From the NCBI GenBank assembly GCA_900548625.1, contig URLO01000001.1:117207-181206 (forward strand): a stretch of DNA of 64,000 nt, in the 5' to 3' direction. A program made the position numbers and the translations under genes. Below the pieces are notes generated by a model. The model searched no databases. It was not told the origin of the DNA and saw nothing but the letters and a program-made list of their open reading frames with translations. This stretch comes from an uncultured Eubacteriales bacterium. GTDB lineage: Bacteria > Bacillota > Clostridia > Oscillospirales > Oscillospiraceae. Positions 36,978-46,520 of this stretch are shown here, in pieces. Position 1 is the stretch's first letter, and the number at the start of each line of letters is the position of its first letter.

Positions 36978-38112
36978 TCGTCACGCAGTCCTCTCGGCAT
37001 CTTCCTCCCACCGCTGGCTTCACTGCAATCCCTCCGCTCGATTGGAATTGGAGTTTGAGGACAGAGAAACGGAAGCCGCAGCCGAAGGTACCGCCGCTCA
37101 TGCGCTGGCAGAACACAAGCTCCGCAAAGCGCTGAAGATGCGATCCACCCGCCCGGTCAGCAAGTACGATTCCGATGAAATGGAGATGTACACGGACGGC
37201 TATGTGGAATTTGTTCTGGAAGCCATCGATGAATCCCGGCAGGATTGCCTGGACCCAAAGGTGCTCATTGAGCAGCGGCTGGACTTCTCCTGCTATGTGC
37301 CGGACGGTTTCGGGACCGGCGACTGCCTTATCGTGGCGGACAAGCTCCTCCACATTATTGACCTGAAATACGGGCAGGGCGTGCTGGTGAATGCCGAGGA
37401 AAATCCGCAGATGATGCTGTATGCGCTCGGTGCGCTCCGCATCTTCGATTGTCTCTACGACATTGAGACAGTTTCTATGACCATCTACCAGCCGCGCCGA
37501 GAGAATGTCAGCACCTAGGTCATTTCCGTTGCCGAGCTTCGGGATTGGGCGGAAAAGACGCTGAAACCCAAAGCAGAGCTTGCCTTCAAAGGCGAAGGCG
37601 AATACTGCCCCGGAAGCTGGTGTCAGTTCTGCAAGGCGGCTGTCAAGTGCCGTGCCAGAGCCGATGCCAAGCTCCAACTTGCCAAATACGAGTTTGCCCA
37701 GCCGCCTCTGCTCTCCGATGCAGAGATTGGCGACATTCTCGGCAAGCTGGATGACCTCACTAAATGGGCAAATGAACTCATGGCCTACGCCCAGGAAGCA
37801 GCGGTCAATCACGGAAAGCAGTGGCTCGGCTACAAGCTGGTGGAGAGCCGCACCAATCGCAAGTACACCGATGAGGATGCCGTTGTTGCTGCCGCCCGTG
37901 CGGCCGGTTACACCGACATTTTCAAAAAGTCCCTCATTCCCATCACCGAGATGGAGAAGCTCATGGGCAAAAAGACCTTTGCCGAGGTGCTCGGCGGTCT
38001 GGTCGTCAAGCCCGTAGGAAAGCCGACGCTCGTTCCCGCATCTGACCGGCGTCCGGCTATTACGACCACGGGTGCAAAACAAGACTTTACTGACTATAAA
38101 GGAGAACTGTAA
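36967..38112 (+). pseudogene. DUF2800-like PD-(D/E)xK nuclease interrupted by an in-frame TAG (37516-37518)
   Basis: N-part SHRWLHCNPSA...DLKYG and C-part with 4-Cys cluster YCPGSWCQFCKAAVKC are in the same frame (36967 and 37780 both = 1 mod 3). They are separated by a single amber codon with no other stop. Confidence 0.5.
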
Positions 38113-38155
38113 TTATGGCTATTATCGAAGTTAACCTGAATTGGTGGTGGAATAA

Positions 38156-38614
38156 ATGACAAAGCTAAAAAACTGGATATGGATAGGTTTAGTATTAGTA
38201 TTGTCAATTGGAGTATCTATTATATTATTTAAAAGCGCTTTCTTCGATATAAGCAAGTTTGAAGAATTGGCTCCGGATTTTCATTATAATGCAATATCTA
38301 TGTCCGCGATAATTGGAGGCTTTTTATTTACAGGGATTAGCATTCTGATTTCTGTGATTGACAAAGAGCGCATTGAACGATTATGGAATAACAGCTATTT
38401 AGACAATCTCTATCGGTCAGCCTTCGTGGGAATGATTGCAAATATCATCACGATTATTGTTGCGTTTTCATTAGTCTTTTTAGACATTCCCTCAAAAGCG
38501 GAAGACATCTTTGTTGAGATCGAAATTGCAGCACTAATAATTGGTGTTGTATTCTTTGCGTGGTGTATAAAGTACTTGTTGCTTATAATTTCTAAGCTTA
38601 AAACCGAAAAATAA
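38156..38614 (+). CDS. AT-rich four-TM membrane protein, hypothetical (possible Abi/toxin-like cargo)
   Basis: 152 aa, 4 predicted TM helices. Gene GC content is visibly far below the 60% background. Confidence 0.5.
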   Translation: MTKLKNWIWIGLVLVLSIGVSIILFKSAFFDISKFEELAPDFHYNAISMSAIIGGFLFTGISILISVIDKERIERLWNNSYLDNLYRSAFVGMIANIITIIVAFSLVFLDIPSKAEDIFVEIEIAALIIGVVFFAWCIKYLLLIISKLKTEK

Positions 38615-38667
38615 ATTTGAGATTGTTGCGAGTCCCTACTGTTCACACAAGAGTTTCAAAATCCGGG

Positions 38668-38696
38668 TTGACATCTGCTCGGATTTTGATTATACT
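38668..38696 (+). promoter_or_regulatory. consensus-like sigma-70 promoter upstream of the XRE gene
   Basis: TTGACA-N17-TATACT. Confidence 0.45.
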
Positions 38697-38726
38697 ATGC
38701 TTAACCCAAATTGGAGGTTGAATGAC

Positions 38727-39083
38727 ATGAAGCAACTGGGTATGCGTCTTCGCGCATTGCGGGAAGGTATTGGCTTATCCCAATCAAAATTTGCCGACCT
38801 GATCGGCTCTACGCAGTCCAGCATCAACCGCTATGAAAACGGTCAGGCAACGCCGTCAGTTGAGCTTCTGCGCAAGTATGCGGACTATTTTGACGTTTCA
38901 ATGGACTATATCTTTGCCCGCTGCGATGACCCGCACGGCAAGCTGTATGAGGCAAAACCTCCGGTTGACGCGAACAATCCTGAACTGAGGAAGTTCGTTG
39001 AGATGTGCTTCGATCCGGAATCACCGATGAACGAAAAACTGAAAGAGGCAATGCTGAAAATGCTTGGGGAGGCGAGGACATGA
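38727..39083 (+). CDS. XRE-family HTH regulator
   Basis: LRALREGIGLSQSKFADLIGSTQSSINRYENGQATP HTH_3; GGAGG RBS; ATGA overlap with the next gene. Confidence 0.65.
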   Translation: MKQLGMRLRALREGIGLSQSKFADLIGSTQSSINRYENGQATPSVELLRKYADYFDVSMDYIFARCDDPHGKLYEAKPPVDANNPELRKFVEMCFDPESPMNEKLKEAMLKMLGEART

Positions 39084-40102
39084 GCAATGAATTAACCCAT
39101 AATCCGGGACAGTTCGATGAAGTCATCCATATCATCGACAACGCCCGCAGCCGCGCCATGAAAGCAGTCAATGCAGAGCTTATTCAGATGTATTGGAGCG
39201 TCGGTGCGTATTTGTCAGAGCTTTGTTCTGCATCAAGCTTTGGCGATAAGATCATTGACGAAGTTGCCGCATACATTGCGCAAGAGAACCCCAACATCAA
39301 AGGTTTCAATCGTCGCGGTCTCTATCGTATGAAGCAATTCTACGAGACCTACAAGGACGATGAATTTGTGACACCACTGGTGACACAAATCAGCTGGACA
39401 AACCATCTGCTTATTATGTCTGGCTCCAAGACGGCAGACGAACGGTATTTTTACATGGCGCTCTGTGCGAAGGAACATTATTCCAAACGCGAGTTGGAGC
39501 GTCAGATCGGCACATCGTACTATGAGCGTTCAATGATTTCTGCCAAGAAGCCGATGCCTGAATCCGTTTCGCATGATGTGCGTGAAAGCATCCTCGATAC
39601 CTATGTGCTTGAGTTTCTGGACTTGCCGGAGCAATTTTCTGAAAAGAATCTCCGTAAAGCAATCATCGAAAATCTGAAGCAGTTTATACTTGAATTTGGC
39701 CGGGACTTTACCTTTATCGGTGAGGAGTACCGCGTTCAGATTGGCAATACAGATTTCTTCATCGACTTGCTGTTTTATAACCGTGCGCTTTCCTGCCTTG
39801 TCCCGATTGAACTGAAAATCGGAAAATTCAAGCCGGAACACATTGGGCAGATCAATTTTTATCTCGAAGCACTTGACCGCGATGTGAAGAAGCCAAACGA
39901 AAACCCAAGTGTAGGCGTCATTCTTTGCGCCAGCAAGGATGACGCGGTTGTCGAATATGCTTTAAGCCGCAGTATGTCGCCCACACTTGTTGCAGATTAT
40001 CGGCTTTGTCTTCCCGACAAGACGCTTCTACAAAACAAGCTGCGTGAACTGACAGAGCTTGCGTTGGAAAGCGGCGAAGGCAACGAGGGTGATGAAGAAT
40101 GA
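39080..40102 (+). CDS. DUF1016/YhcG-family PD-(D/E)xK nuclease
   Basis: KGFNRRGLYRMKQFY...FIGEEYRVQIGNTDFFIDLLFYNRALSCLVPIELKIGKFKPEHIGQINFYL...DRDVK...NPSVGVILCASKDDAVVEYAL is YhcG-like. ATGA overlap with the LSR start. Confidence 0.6.
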   Translation: MSNELTHNPGQFDEVIHIIDNARSRAMKAVNAELIQMYWSVGAYLSELCSASSFGDKIIDEVAAYIAQENPNIKGFNRRGLYRMKQFYETYKDDEFVTPLVTQISWTNHLLIMSGSKTADERYFYMALCAKEHYSKRELERQIGTSYYERSMISAKKPMPESVSHDVRESILDTYVLEFLDLPEQFSEKNLRKAIIENLKQFILEFGRDFTFIGEEYRVQIGNTDFFIDLLFYNRALSCLVPIELKIGKFKPEHIGQINFYLEALDRDVKKPNENPSVGVILCASKDDAVVEYALSRSMSPTLVADYRLCLPDKTLLQNKLRELTELALESGEGNEGDEE

Positions 40103-41865
40103 ACGCTGTCATCTATGCCCGCTATTCCTCAGACAGCCAGCGCGAGGAATCCATTGAAGGTCAGCTCCGCGAGTGCCGGGAATATGCTGAACGCAATAAT
40201 ATGACCATCGTTGGAACGTATATTGACCGGGCATTATCTGCAAAAACAGCAGATCGACCGGAGTTCCAGCACATGATCAAGGACAGCGCAAAAGAGTTGT
40301 TCGAGATTGTGCTTGTATGGAAACTCGACCGCTTTTCCCGCGACCGTTACGACAGCGCTCACTACAAGCACATTCTGAAAAAGAATGGTGTAAAGGTTGT
40401 TTCTGCGAAAGAGCATATCTCCGAAGGTCCGGAAGGAATCATTCTGGAAGCAATGCTGGAGGGCTATGCTGAGTTCTATTCTGCTGAGTTATCAGAGAAG
40501 ATCCATCGTGGGCAGAAAGAGAATGCATTGAAAGGAAAAAACAACGGCGGTGGCGTTCCGCTCGGCTATCTGTTGGACAAGAAAGCGCAGAAGCTTGCGA
40601 TTGATCCCGTGACTGCACCATTAGTGGTTGAGATATTTGAAAAGTATGCTGACGGCAAATCGGTTCGTTCTATTGTGGAAGATTTCAATGTCCGTGGACT
40701 CAGAACGAAAAAGGGACAGCCCCTCAATATCAATAGTTTCAGCTCTCTTCTGAAAAACCGCAAATACATTGGCGAGTACCGTTATCAGGATGTTGTGATT
40801 GAGGGCGGCGTTCCCGCCATCATTCCGGAAGAACTGTTCAACCGTGTGCAGGAACGCATGGAGAAGAACCGCCATGCTCCCGCAATGGCAAAAGCAAAAG
40901 AGGACTATCTGCTGACAACAAAGCTGTTCTGCGGTAAATGTGAGCGCATGATGGTTGGTGAAAGCGGCAAGAGCCATACCGGCGCTATGCACTATTATTA
41001 CAAATGCAGCGGTGCGAAGCGCCTGAAGGATTGCGACAAGAAGGCTGTTCGCAAAGACTGGATTGAGCGTGTTGTTGTCCGCCTGACCATGCAGCGCGTC
41101 ATGGATGAAGAAAAGATCAACAGGCTCATTGACGCAATTCTTGTTATGCAGGAGCAGGAAGACACAACAACCCCTGCGCTTCGCTCACAGCTTGCGGAAA
41201 CCGAGTCCTCCATTGGAAACATTCTGAAAGCAATCGAGCAGGGCATTTTCACGCCGTCCACCAAACAGCGGCTTGATGAGCTGGAAGCACGGAAAGAAGA
41301 AATCCTTGCGAATATTCAGACCGCCGAACTGCAAAAGCCAAAGCTGACCCGCGAACAGATGACGGCATGGTTTGAGCAGTTCCGTCATGGCGATCCAGCA
41401 AACCGTGAGTTTCAGAAACGCCTGATTGACACGTTTGTGAACGCAGTGTATGTGTTCGATGATAAACTGGTCTTGACCTATAACTATCAACATGGGACGC
41501 AGACGATCTCGCTTGAAGAGATCGAGTCGGCGTTGAGTTCGGATTTTGATGGGGCTACTCCACCAATAAAAAAGGACGTTCCGTTTGGAACGTCCTTTTT
41601 TATTGGTCGTAGACGAGCGGCGCGAGAAACGCTGCGGTTCGACTGCAAGCATTTTGCCATCGCCAGATGGCGGCTGCGCATCGCGCAGCCAAGCCATGCT
41701 GTGCTGCGGCACGGCAAATGCGCCGCAGCACGCCGCCAACAGCGTTGGCGGCGTATTCCCCGCAGCTTTGCAAAACATGAAAAAACGGCATTTCTGTCAA
41801 TCGCCGAACCAGCGCTTGAATTGTTGCGATTGTGTTGCATTTTCGATGGACATATTGATTTTTGA
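40099..41865 (+). CDS. large serine recombinase (second copy); C-terminal ~90 codons possibly read-through
   Basis: AVIYARYSSDSQ catalytic-Ser motif, recombinase domain, Zn ribbon CGKCER...C..C, coiled-coil. The ORF continues through a terminator hairpin at 41569-41601 into low-complexity Arg/Ala-rich sequence. Confidence 0.8.
   Translation: MNAVIYARYSSDSQREESIEGQLRECREYAERNNMTIVGTYIDRALSAKTADRPEFQHMIKDSAKELFEIVLVWKLDRFSRDRYDSAHYKHILKKNGVKVVSAKEHISEGPEGIILEAMLEGYAEFYSAELSEKIHRGQKENALKGKNNGGGVPLGYLLDKKAQKLAIDPVTAPLVVEIFEKYADGKSVRSIVEDFNVRGLRTKKGQPLNINSFSSLLKNRKYIGEYRYQDVVIEGGVPAIIPEELFNRVQERMEKNRHAPAMAKAKEDYLLTTKLFCGKCERMMVGESGKSHTGAMHYYYKCSGAKRLKDCDKKAVRKDWIERVVVRLTMQRVMDEEKINRLIDAILVMQEQEDTTTPALRSQLAETESSIGNILKAIEQGIFTPSTKQRLDELEARKEEILANIQTAELQKPKLTREQMTAWFEQFRHGDPANREFQKRLIDTFVNAVYVFDDKLVLTYNYQHGTQTISLEEIESALSSDFDGATPPIKKDVPFGTSFFIGRRRAARETLRFDCKHFAIARWRLRIAQPSHAVLRHGKCAAARRQQRWRRIPRSFAKHEKTAFLSIAEPALELLRLCCIFDGHIDF
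41569..41601. terminator. perfect intrinsic-terminator hairpin inside the annotated 3' end of LSR-2
   Basis: AAAAAGGACGTTCC-gttt-GGAACGTCCTTTTTT. Confidence 0.55.
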
Positions 41866-42018
41866 ATCAAACTTTCGTACAATACCATTAGAAGAAGTCG
41901 CTGCGGCTTGCAGGATGCTGGGGAATTGTACCCATTCACCTGCAAGCGTGGCGGCTTTTTCCGTCACATAGAAAATGCTGTTCTCGCCAGAATTAAATTG
42001 CGCGATACCCTCGCCTCC

Positions 42019-42393
42019 TTACTCCACGCGCGCGACGTTCCCGCTTGCAAGCGTCGTTTTGTCTCCGTGCGTGTACAAAATGTCGTATCGGTACAGCCCC
42101 CGCGGGAACTTCCCGCTCACGTCCTCCGTGAAGTCGAGCGTCACCGTGTTTCCCACAATGCCGGAAAACACGAACTGCTGCACCTGCGTCCGCATCCGGT
42201 CGTAGAACGTGATCTTCACACTGTCCGACGCGCCGACCGTGACGGCCGCGCCGTCCTGGTCCTCCAGCTCCAGCCGGAGGCGGAGGGAGAACGTGTCTCC
42301 CTCATACCAGCAAATACACCCGTTCGCAATGCGCGGGCTGACCCGCGCCGCCGGAATCACATTGCTTGCGCTCACTTCTGCGCCTCCTCCCAT
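42019..42393 (-). CDS. hypothetical protein
   Basis: 124-aa ORF; beta-rich composition; no recognisable motif. Confidence 0.3.
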   Translation of the reverse strand: MGGGAEVSASNVIPAARVSPRIANGCICWYEGDTFSLRLRLELEDQDGAAVTVGASDSVKITFYDRMRTQVQQFVFSGIVGNTVTLDFTEDVSGKFPRGLYRYDILYTHGDKTTLASGNVARVE

Positions 42394-42884
42394 TTCTTGA
42401 TCTTGTTCTCCGCTTCCTTCTTGGAAAGCCCGCTCGCCATAAACGCGTTCCGCAGGTATCCCTTTAGCCGTGCCTTCCCGGCTGTGTCTGCCGCCAGATA
42501 TTCCTCGCGGAACATCTCCGTGATCGCCTCGCGGATCATTTTCGGCTCATACCCGGCCTTCTCCAGCTCCTTGAGCGTGCTGCGCAGATCCTTTCCGGTC
42601 GAAACGGCCTTGTACAGCCTGTCGTGGTTTTCCGTCCACGGCTCAAACCCGGTCATCGTGTAGCTGTCCGCAGCAAGCGCCGTCTTCTGCTCCGGCGTCA
42701 GATCGAGGCCATCGATCAGCTGGAGCGTCTCGTCCTTCACGCTTCCGGAGATCGTCTTGCCGTCGGCGTCCTTCTCGCCGGTCACCCCGGCAGCCGCCTG
42801 AATGTAGCGCAGATACTCTCCAACGTCCGCGCCGTCCGCCAGCAGCTTGTCGATCTGTGCCTTTTCCTTTTCAGTCGCCATCAT
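42372..42884 (-). CDS. hypothetical protein (Lys/Glu-rich, alpha-helical)
   Basis: Start at MMATEKEK...; 170 aa. Confidence 0.3.
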   Translation of the reverse strand: MMATEKEKAQIDKLLADGADVGEYLRYIQAAAGVTGEKDADGKTISGSVKDETLQLIDGLDLTPEQKTALAADSYTMTGFEPWTENHDRLYKAVSTGKDLRSTLKELEKAGYEPKMIREAITEMFREEYLAADTAGKARLKGYLRNAFMASGLSKKEAENKIKKWEEAQK

Positions 42885-42900
42885 GTTGTAGTAGTACAAC

Positions 42901-43104
42901 AAGCTGCCCACCATCAAGGCGCTGAATACCGAGTACGCCGAGCTGCTGGCGGAGAAGAAATCCGTCTACACCGACTACCGCAAGACCCGCGAGGAAATGA
43001 AAGAGCTGCTGACGGCCAAGGCCAATATCGACCGTATTCTGGAGCTGGATAAGGAGCAGGAGGAAGCGAATGAACGACGGGAAAAAGAGGCGGAGCAGCG
43101 CTGA
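42901..43104 (+). pseudogene. orphan 3' gene fragment (coiled-coil C-terminus, possibly of a mobilisation/relaxase-type protein)
   Basis: In-frame codon-like stretch KLPTIKALNTEYAELLAEKKSVYTDYRKTREEMKELLTAKANIDRILELDKEQEEANERREKEAEQR* with no start. The upstream frame is antisense to the 42372 gene. Confidence 0.3.
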
Positions 43105-43389
43105 GCTGCCTGCCCATAAGCGATTTGAAAAATCGCGCAGCCGATGGATTTATCCATCGTTCCAGAACACAGTTTTTGTGTTCTGCGGGGATTGGGGCAG
43201 CGCCCCAACAAGCATGAAACAGGCGGGTCCCGTGTGGACGGAATCCGCCTGTTTTCGCAAAGTGGGTACCGCTTTGCATTGCTTGCCGCTTTCTTGCCCC
43301 CGTTCGCAGCCCCACCAAAACCGTGATCTTCAAGGCCAAGGCAGCGAAAGCAGTTGAGGTATTTATTTGAAAATTTTACTCCAGACGGA

Positions 43390-43418
43390 TTGACAATGTG
43401 CATTGCACGTTGTATAAT
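43390..43418 (+). promoter_or_regulatory. consensus sigma-70 promoter with embedded palindrome upstream of the TetR gene
   Basis: TTGACA-N17-TATAAT. The spacer contains GTGCAtTGCAC. Downstream inverted repeat cttgattatacataatgcaag. Confidence 0.5.
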
Positions 43419-43460
43419 CTTGATTATACATAATGCAAGTTATAAATTGGAGGTGTGCGT

Positions 43461-44033
43461 ATGCCCGCAAAAGCAAAAGTCACAAAAGAAATGATTGTTG
43501 ACGCAGCCTTTGCGGTCGCCCGTGAAGCAGGAGTGGAAAACATCAACGCAAGAACTGTATCGGAAAGGCTCCATTGCTCCACACAGCCCGTCATGTATCA
43601 TTTTGCGACGATGGAAGAACTGAAAAGAACAGTCTATGCGAAGGCAGACCTTTATCATTCGGAATACCTTATGACCATGAAGAAACCGCCAAAGGGCGCT
43701 GCCCTTGGGATCGGAATGAATTATATCCGCTTTGCCATCGAAGAACCCCACCTGTTCCGCTTCCTTTTCCAGTCGGATTATTTTAACGGAAAGACTTTGC
43801 TTGAACTGATCGATGCGGAGGAACTTCTCCCTGTTCTCTCGGCGATGCAAAGTGCTTTAGGCGTCAGCATGGAGCAGACGAAAACGGGTTTTATCACGGT
43901 GTTTCTGTTTGCCCACGGGTATGCAAGCATGATTGCCAACAATGCGCTGAAATACGATGAGGACACGATCAGCTCCCATTTGGAGCGGGCATACAGAGGC
44001 GCAATATTGGCCGCGCAGGAGGAAATGGCATGA
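43461..44033 (+). CDS. TetR/AcrR-family transcriptional regulator
   Basis: N-terminal HTH (AAFAVAREAGVENINARTVSERLHCSTQPVMYHF), ~190 aa all-helical; GGAGG RBS. Confidence 0.8.
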   Translation: MPAKAKVTKEMIVDAAFAVAREAGVENINARTVSERLHCSTQPVMYHFATMEELKRTVYAKADLYHSEYLMTMKKPPKGAALGIGMNYIRFAIEEPHLFRFLFQSDYFNGKTLLELIDAEELLPVLSAMQSALGVSMEQTKTGFITVFLFAHGYASMIANNALKYDEDTISSHLERAYRGAILAAQEEMA

Positions 44034-44272
44034 AAGAATGTGCAGGCGCTGTCGGCACATTGGCTGACAAGCGAAGCGAGGGGCCGCGGATGGATGAAAC
44101 TCTGAAATTGCGTTGGCTTTGCTGCCCAAGATGCGGTGGCAAAACAAGAACGCAGATCCGGCCACATACGGTGTTGGAGGATTTTCCGCTATTTTGCCCA
44201 AAGTGCAAATACACCTGCGTAATTCGTTTCAAGCACGGAAAAATTGAAGAAATCAAAATGCCAGACGCTTAG
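44030..44272 (+). CDS. cysteine-rich KTR-type zinc-ribbon protein
   Basis: CCPRCGGKTRTQ...FCPKCKYTC; ATGA overlap with the TetR stop. Confidence 0.45.
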   Translation: MKECAGAVGTLADKRSEGPRMDETLKLRWLCCPRCGGKTRTQIRPHTVLEDFPLFCPKCKYTCVIRFKHGKIEEIKMPDA

Positions 44273-44340
44273 ACGCAGTGTAAAACCTGATGATGCAGGG
44301 TTGCTCTGCGTCTTTTTGTATGATCTATGGAGATGAGCCA

Positions 44341-45123
44341 ATGATAAATTGCCTGTCGAGCAGTAAATTTGCAAACCTGCTGTTTGTAAACGTCCAAATT
44401 GGGGACGTGAGAGCCACCGCGTTGTTTGACACAGGCGCGGGTATGACGGTCATCGCACAAAGCCTTCTGCGCAGGCTTCGTGCTGCGCCGGAAAAAGAAG
44501 TGCTCCGCGCCGGAAACAATAACGGCGTGGTTCGTGCGCTCCAGACTGCCGTCATTCCCAATATCCGGCTGGGAGATGTTTGCATGGAAAGCTGCAAAGT
44601 GCTCGTGACGGATGACGCAGATTTTGCGCTCAGCGATGAAAGCGGCAGGATTTTTCCGGCTGAAATGCTGCTGGGATGGGACGTGATCTCCCGGTATCGC
44701 TGGAGTTATTCCGCAAAAGATGAATCCTTATCGGTCAGCTTACCGGAAAAGACGGCTGAACATCGAAGTCCCGAAATCAAACAAGGCCCTGTCGTTTACC
44801 CGGAGTATGCCGGGCGGTGCTTTATGGCCAGAGTGGATACTGGGCATACCGGCTCCATCCTCAGTGCATCTTGGTATTCCCGACTCTCTGACATTGCATA
44901 TCACGAAACCGAAATTGCCGGTGTCGGTGCTTCGCAATATAAACGGCTTCCCTATGTGCGGGTGCTGCAGCTTCGGTTTCAAAACCAGACGATTTATTTG
45001 CAGGATGTCGATATTTGCGACAAGCTATACGGTCAACCGGCGGAGATAGAGGCGCTGCTCGGATACGATTTTCTGGAAGGCCGCGACTGGCTGCTGGAGC
45101 AGGCGTTCAAGCTGCTGTCATAA
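44341..45123 (+). CDS. retropepsin-like (clan AA) aspartyl protease, two-lobe
   Basis: Two D-T/S-G-A/H motifs: LFDTGAGMTVI and RVDTGHTGSIL. Confidence 0.55.
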   Translation: MINCLSSSKFANLLFVNVQIGDVRATALFDTGAGMTVIAQSLLRRLRAAPEKEVLRAGNNNGVVRALQTAVIPNIRLGDVCMESCKVLVTDDADFALSDESGRIFPAEMLLGWDVISRYRWSYSAKDESLSVSLPEKTAEHRSPEIKQGPVVYPEYAGRCFMARVDTGHTGSILSASWYSRLSDIAYHETEIAGVGASQYKRLPYVRVLQLRFQNQTIYLQDVDICDKLYGQPAEIEALLGYDFLEGRDWLLEQAFKLLS

Positions 45124-45203
45124 GCAACAAGGCTCGGGAGATTCTGATTCCCTGATGTAAACGCCGCCGTACAGCGGAACATGAATTTATGGAGGAAAAC
45201 AAT

Positions 45204-45698
45204 ATGAAAAACAGTGCATTGGTCGTGATCGACCTGCAAAATGACATCACGAAAAACTACAAGGAAATCATTACAAAAGTCAACGAGGCGATCGACTGGG
45301 CAGAGCAAAAGGGACTTTGGATCGTTTACATTCAGCACAACAACCTTTCTGCGGGAACGAGAACCTTCAAGCCCGGCACCCGTGGTGCAGAGCTGGTGCC
45401 GGAGCTGAACGTCGTATCCGATCATATCTTTACGAAGGTAAAGAGCAACGCCCTGACCAGCGAGGCGTTTGCCACTTTTATTCAGGAGCGTGGAATTTCC
45501 GAGTTTTACGTTGTCGGTGCGGACGCCGCGGCCTGCATCAAATCCACCTGCTACAACATGGCAAAAAGCGGCTATACCGTTCATGTACCGTCGGACTGCA
45601 TCACGAGTTACGATAAAAAGAAACTGCCGGAGCTGCTGACGTACTATGCAAGCAAGGGTTGCTCTGTTGTGACGCTTTCTCAGGTCACGGGGGTGTAA
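45204..45698 (+). CDS. isochorismatase-family cysteine hydrolase
   Basis: ALVVIDLQND N-terminal motif and C-terminal VVGADAAACI with catalytic Cys context; GGAGG RBS. Confidence 0.7.
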   Translation: MKNSALVVIDLQNDITKNYKEIITKVNEAIDWAEQKGLWIVYIQHNNLSAGTRTFKPGTRGAELVPELNVVSDHIFTKVKSNALTSEAFATFIQERGISEFYVVGADAAACIKSTCYNMAKSGYTVHVPSDCITSYDKKKLPELLTYYASKGCSVVTLSQVTGV

Positions 45699-45726
45699 TT
45701 GATGTAGCTGCACGGGAGGAAACGAC

Positions 45727-46520
45727 ATGAAAAAGCTATATGAGAAAAACGAGCTGACCTTTGCGATTGTATGGATCGTGGTTTACTGCGCTCTGCAATC
45801 GCTGGCGAATCCACTGAACAAGGCCATCGGGGTCGCATACGCGGCAAGTGCCGCTTTCTGCGTGTTGCAGACGGTCGTGCTTTTCGCCTTTATCCGAAAG
45901 AACCACTTGCAGAAGCGGTATGGGCTTTGTAAATCGCCCGTTCCCGCATGTCGGTTCCTTTACTATGTGCCGCTTCTTATCTTGGCATCGGGAAACCTCT
46001 GGAACGGCGCAGCGGTCAACTATACACCGTTGGAAACAGCCTGTCGGATCGTGTGTATGCTCTGCGTCGGATTCTTGGAGGAAGTGATCTTCCGTGGTTT
46101 TCTGTTTAAGGCCATTGCAAAGGACAATATCAAGTCTGCTGTTGTCATATCAAGCGTAACTTTTGGCATTGGACATATCATCAACCTGTTCAACGGCAGC
46201 GGTATGGATCTGGTCGATAACCTGTGCCAGATCGTCTTTGCAATCGCAGTCGGTTTCCTGCTGGTCACGATCTTTTATCGTGGCGGCAGCCTGCTACCCT
46301 GCATCTTCGTCCATTCCGCCATCAACACGCTCGGCACCTTTGCGAATGATATGAATCTTACCACGGAAACACACCTGCTCCATCTCGCCGCTCTGATTGT
46401 CATTATTCTGGCTGCGCTTGCTGCCTACTACCTCGTTCATGAGGGCGCACATCTGCTGTATGCCCTGCTCACCGGCGTATTTAAGCAAATTAGGCTTACC
46501 GGCAGTCCTGGGCGGCTTGC
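45727..46520 (+). CDS. CPBP-family intramembrane metalloprotease (CAAX protease/bacteriocin-immunity type); 3' end uncertain
   Basis: Motifs EEVIFRGFLF, FGIGH, FVHSAINT. The frame has no stop until 47094, but the translation degenerates after ~260 aa, where the next gene's frame takes over. Confidence 0.55.

Noticed and set aside
42624-43052. 142-aa plus-strand ORF at 42624-43052 as a real gene
   Set aside because: Frame is antisense to the 42372-42884 gene for most of its length. Only a different frame (42901-43104) carries a coding-like tail, treated here as a fragment.
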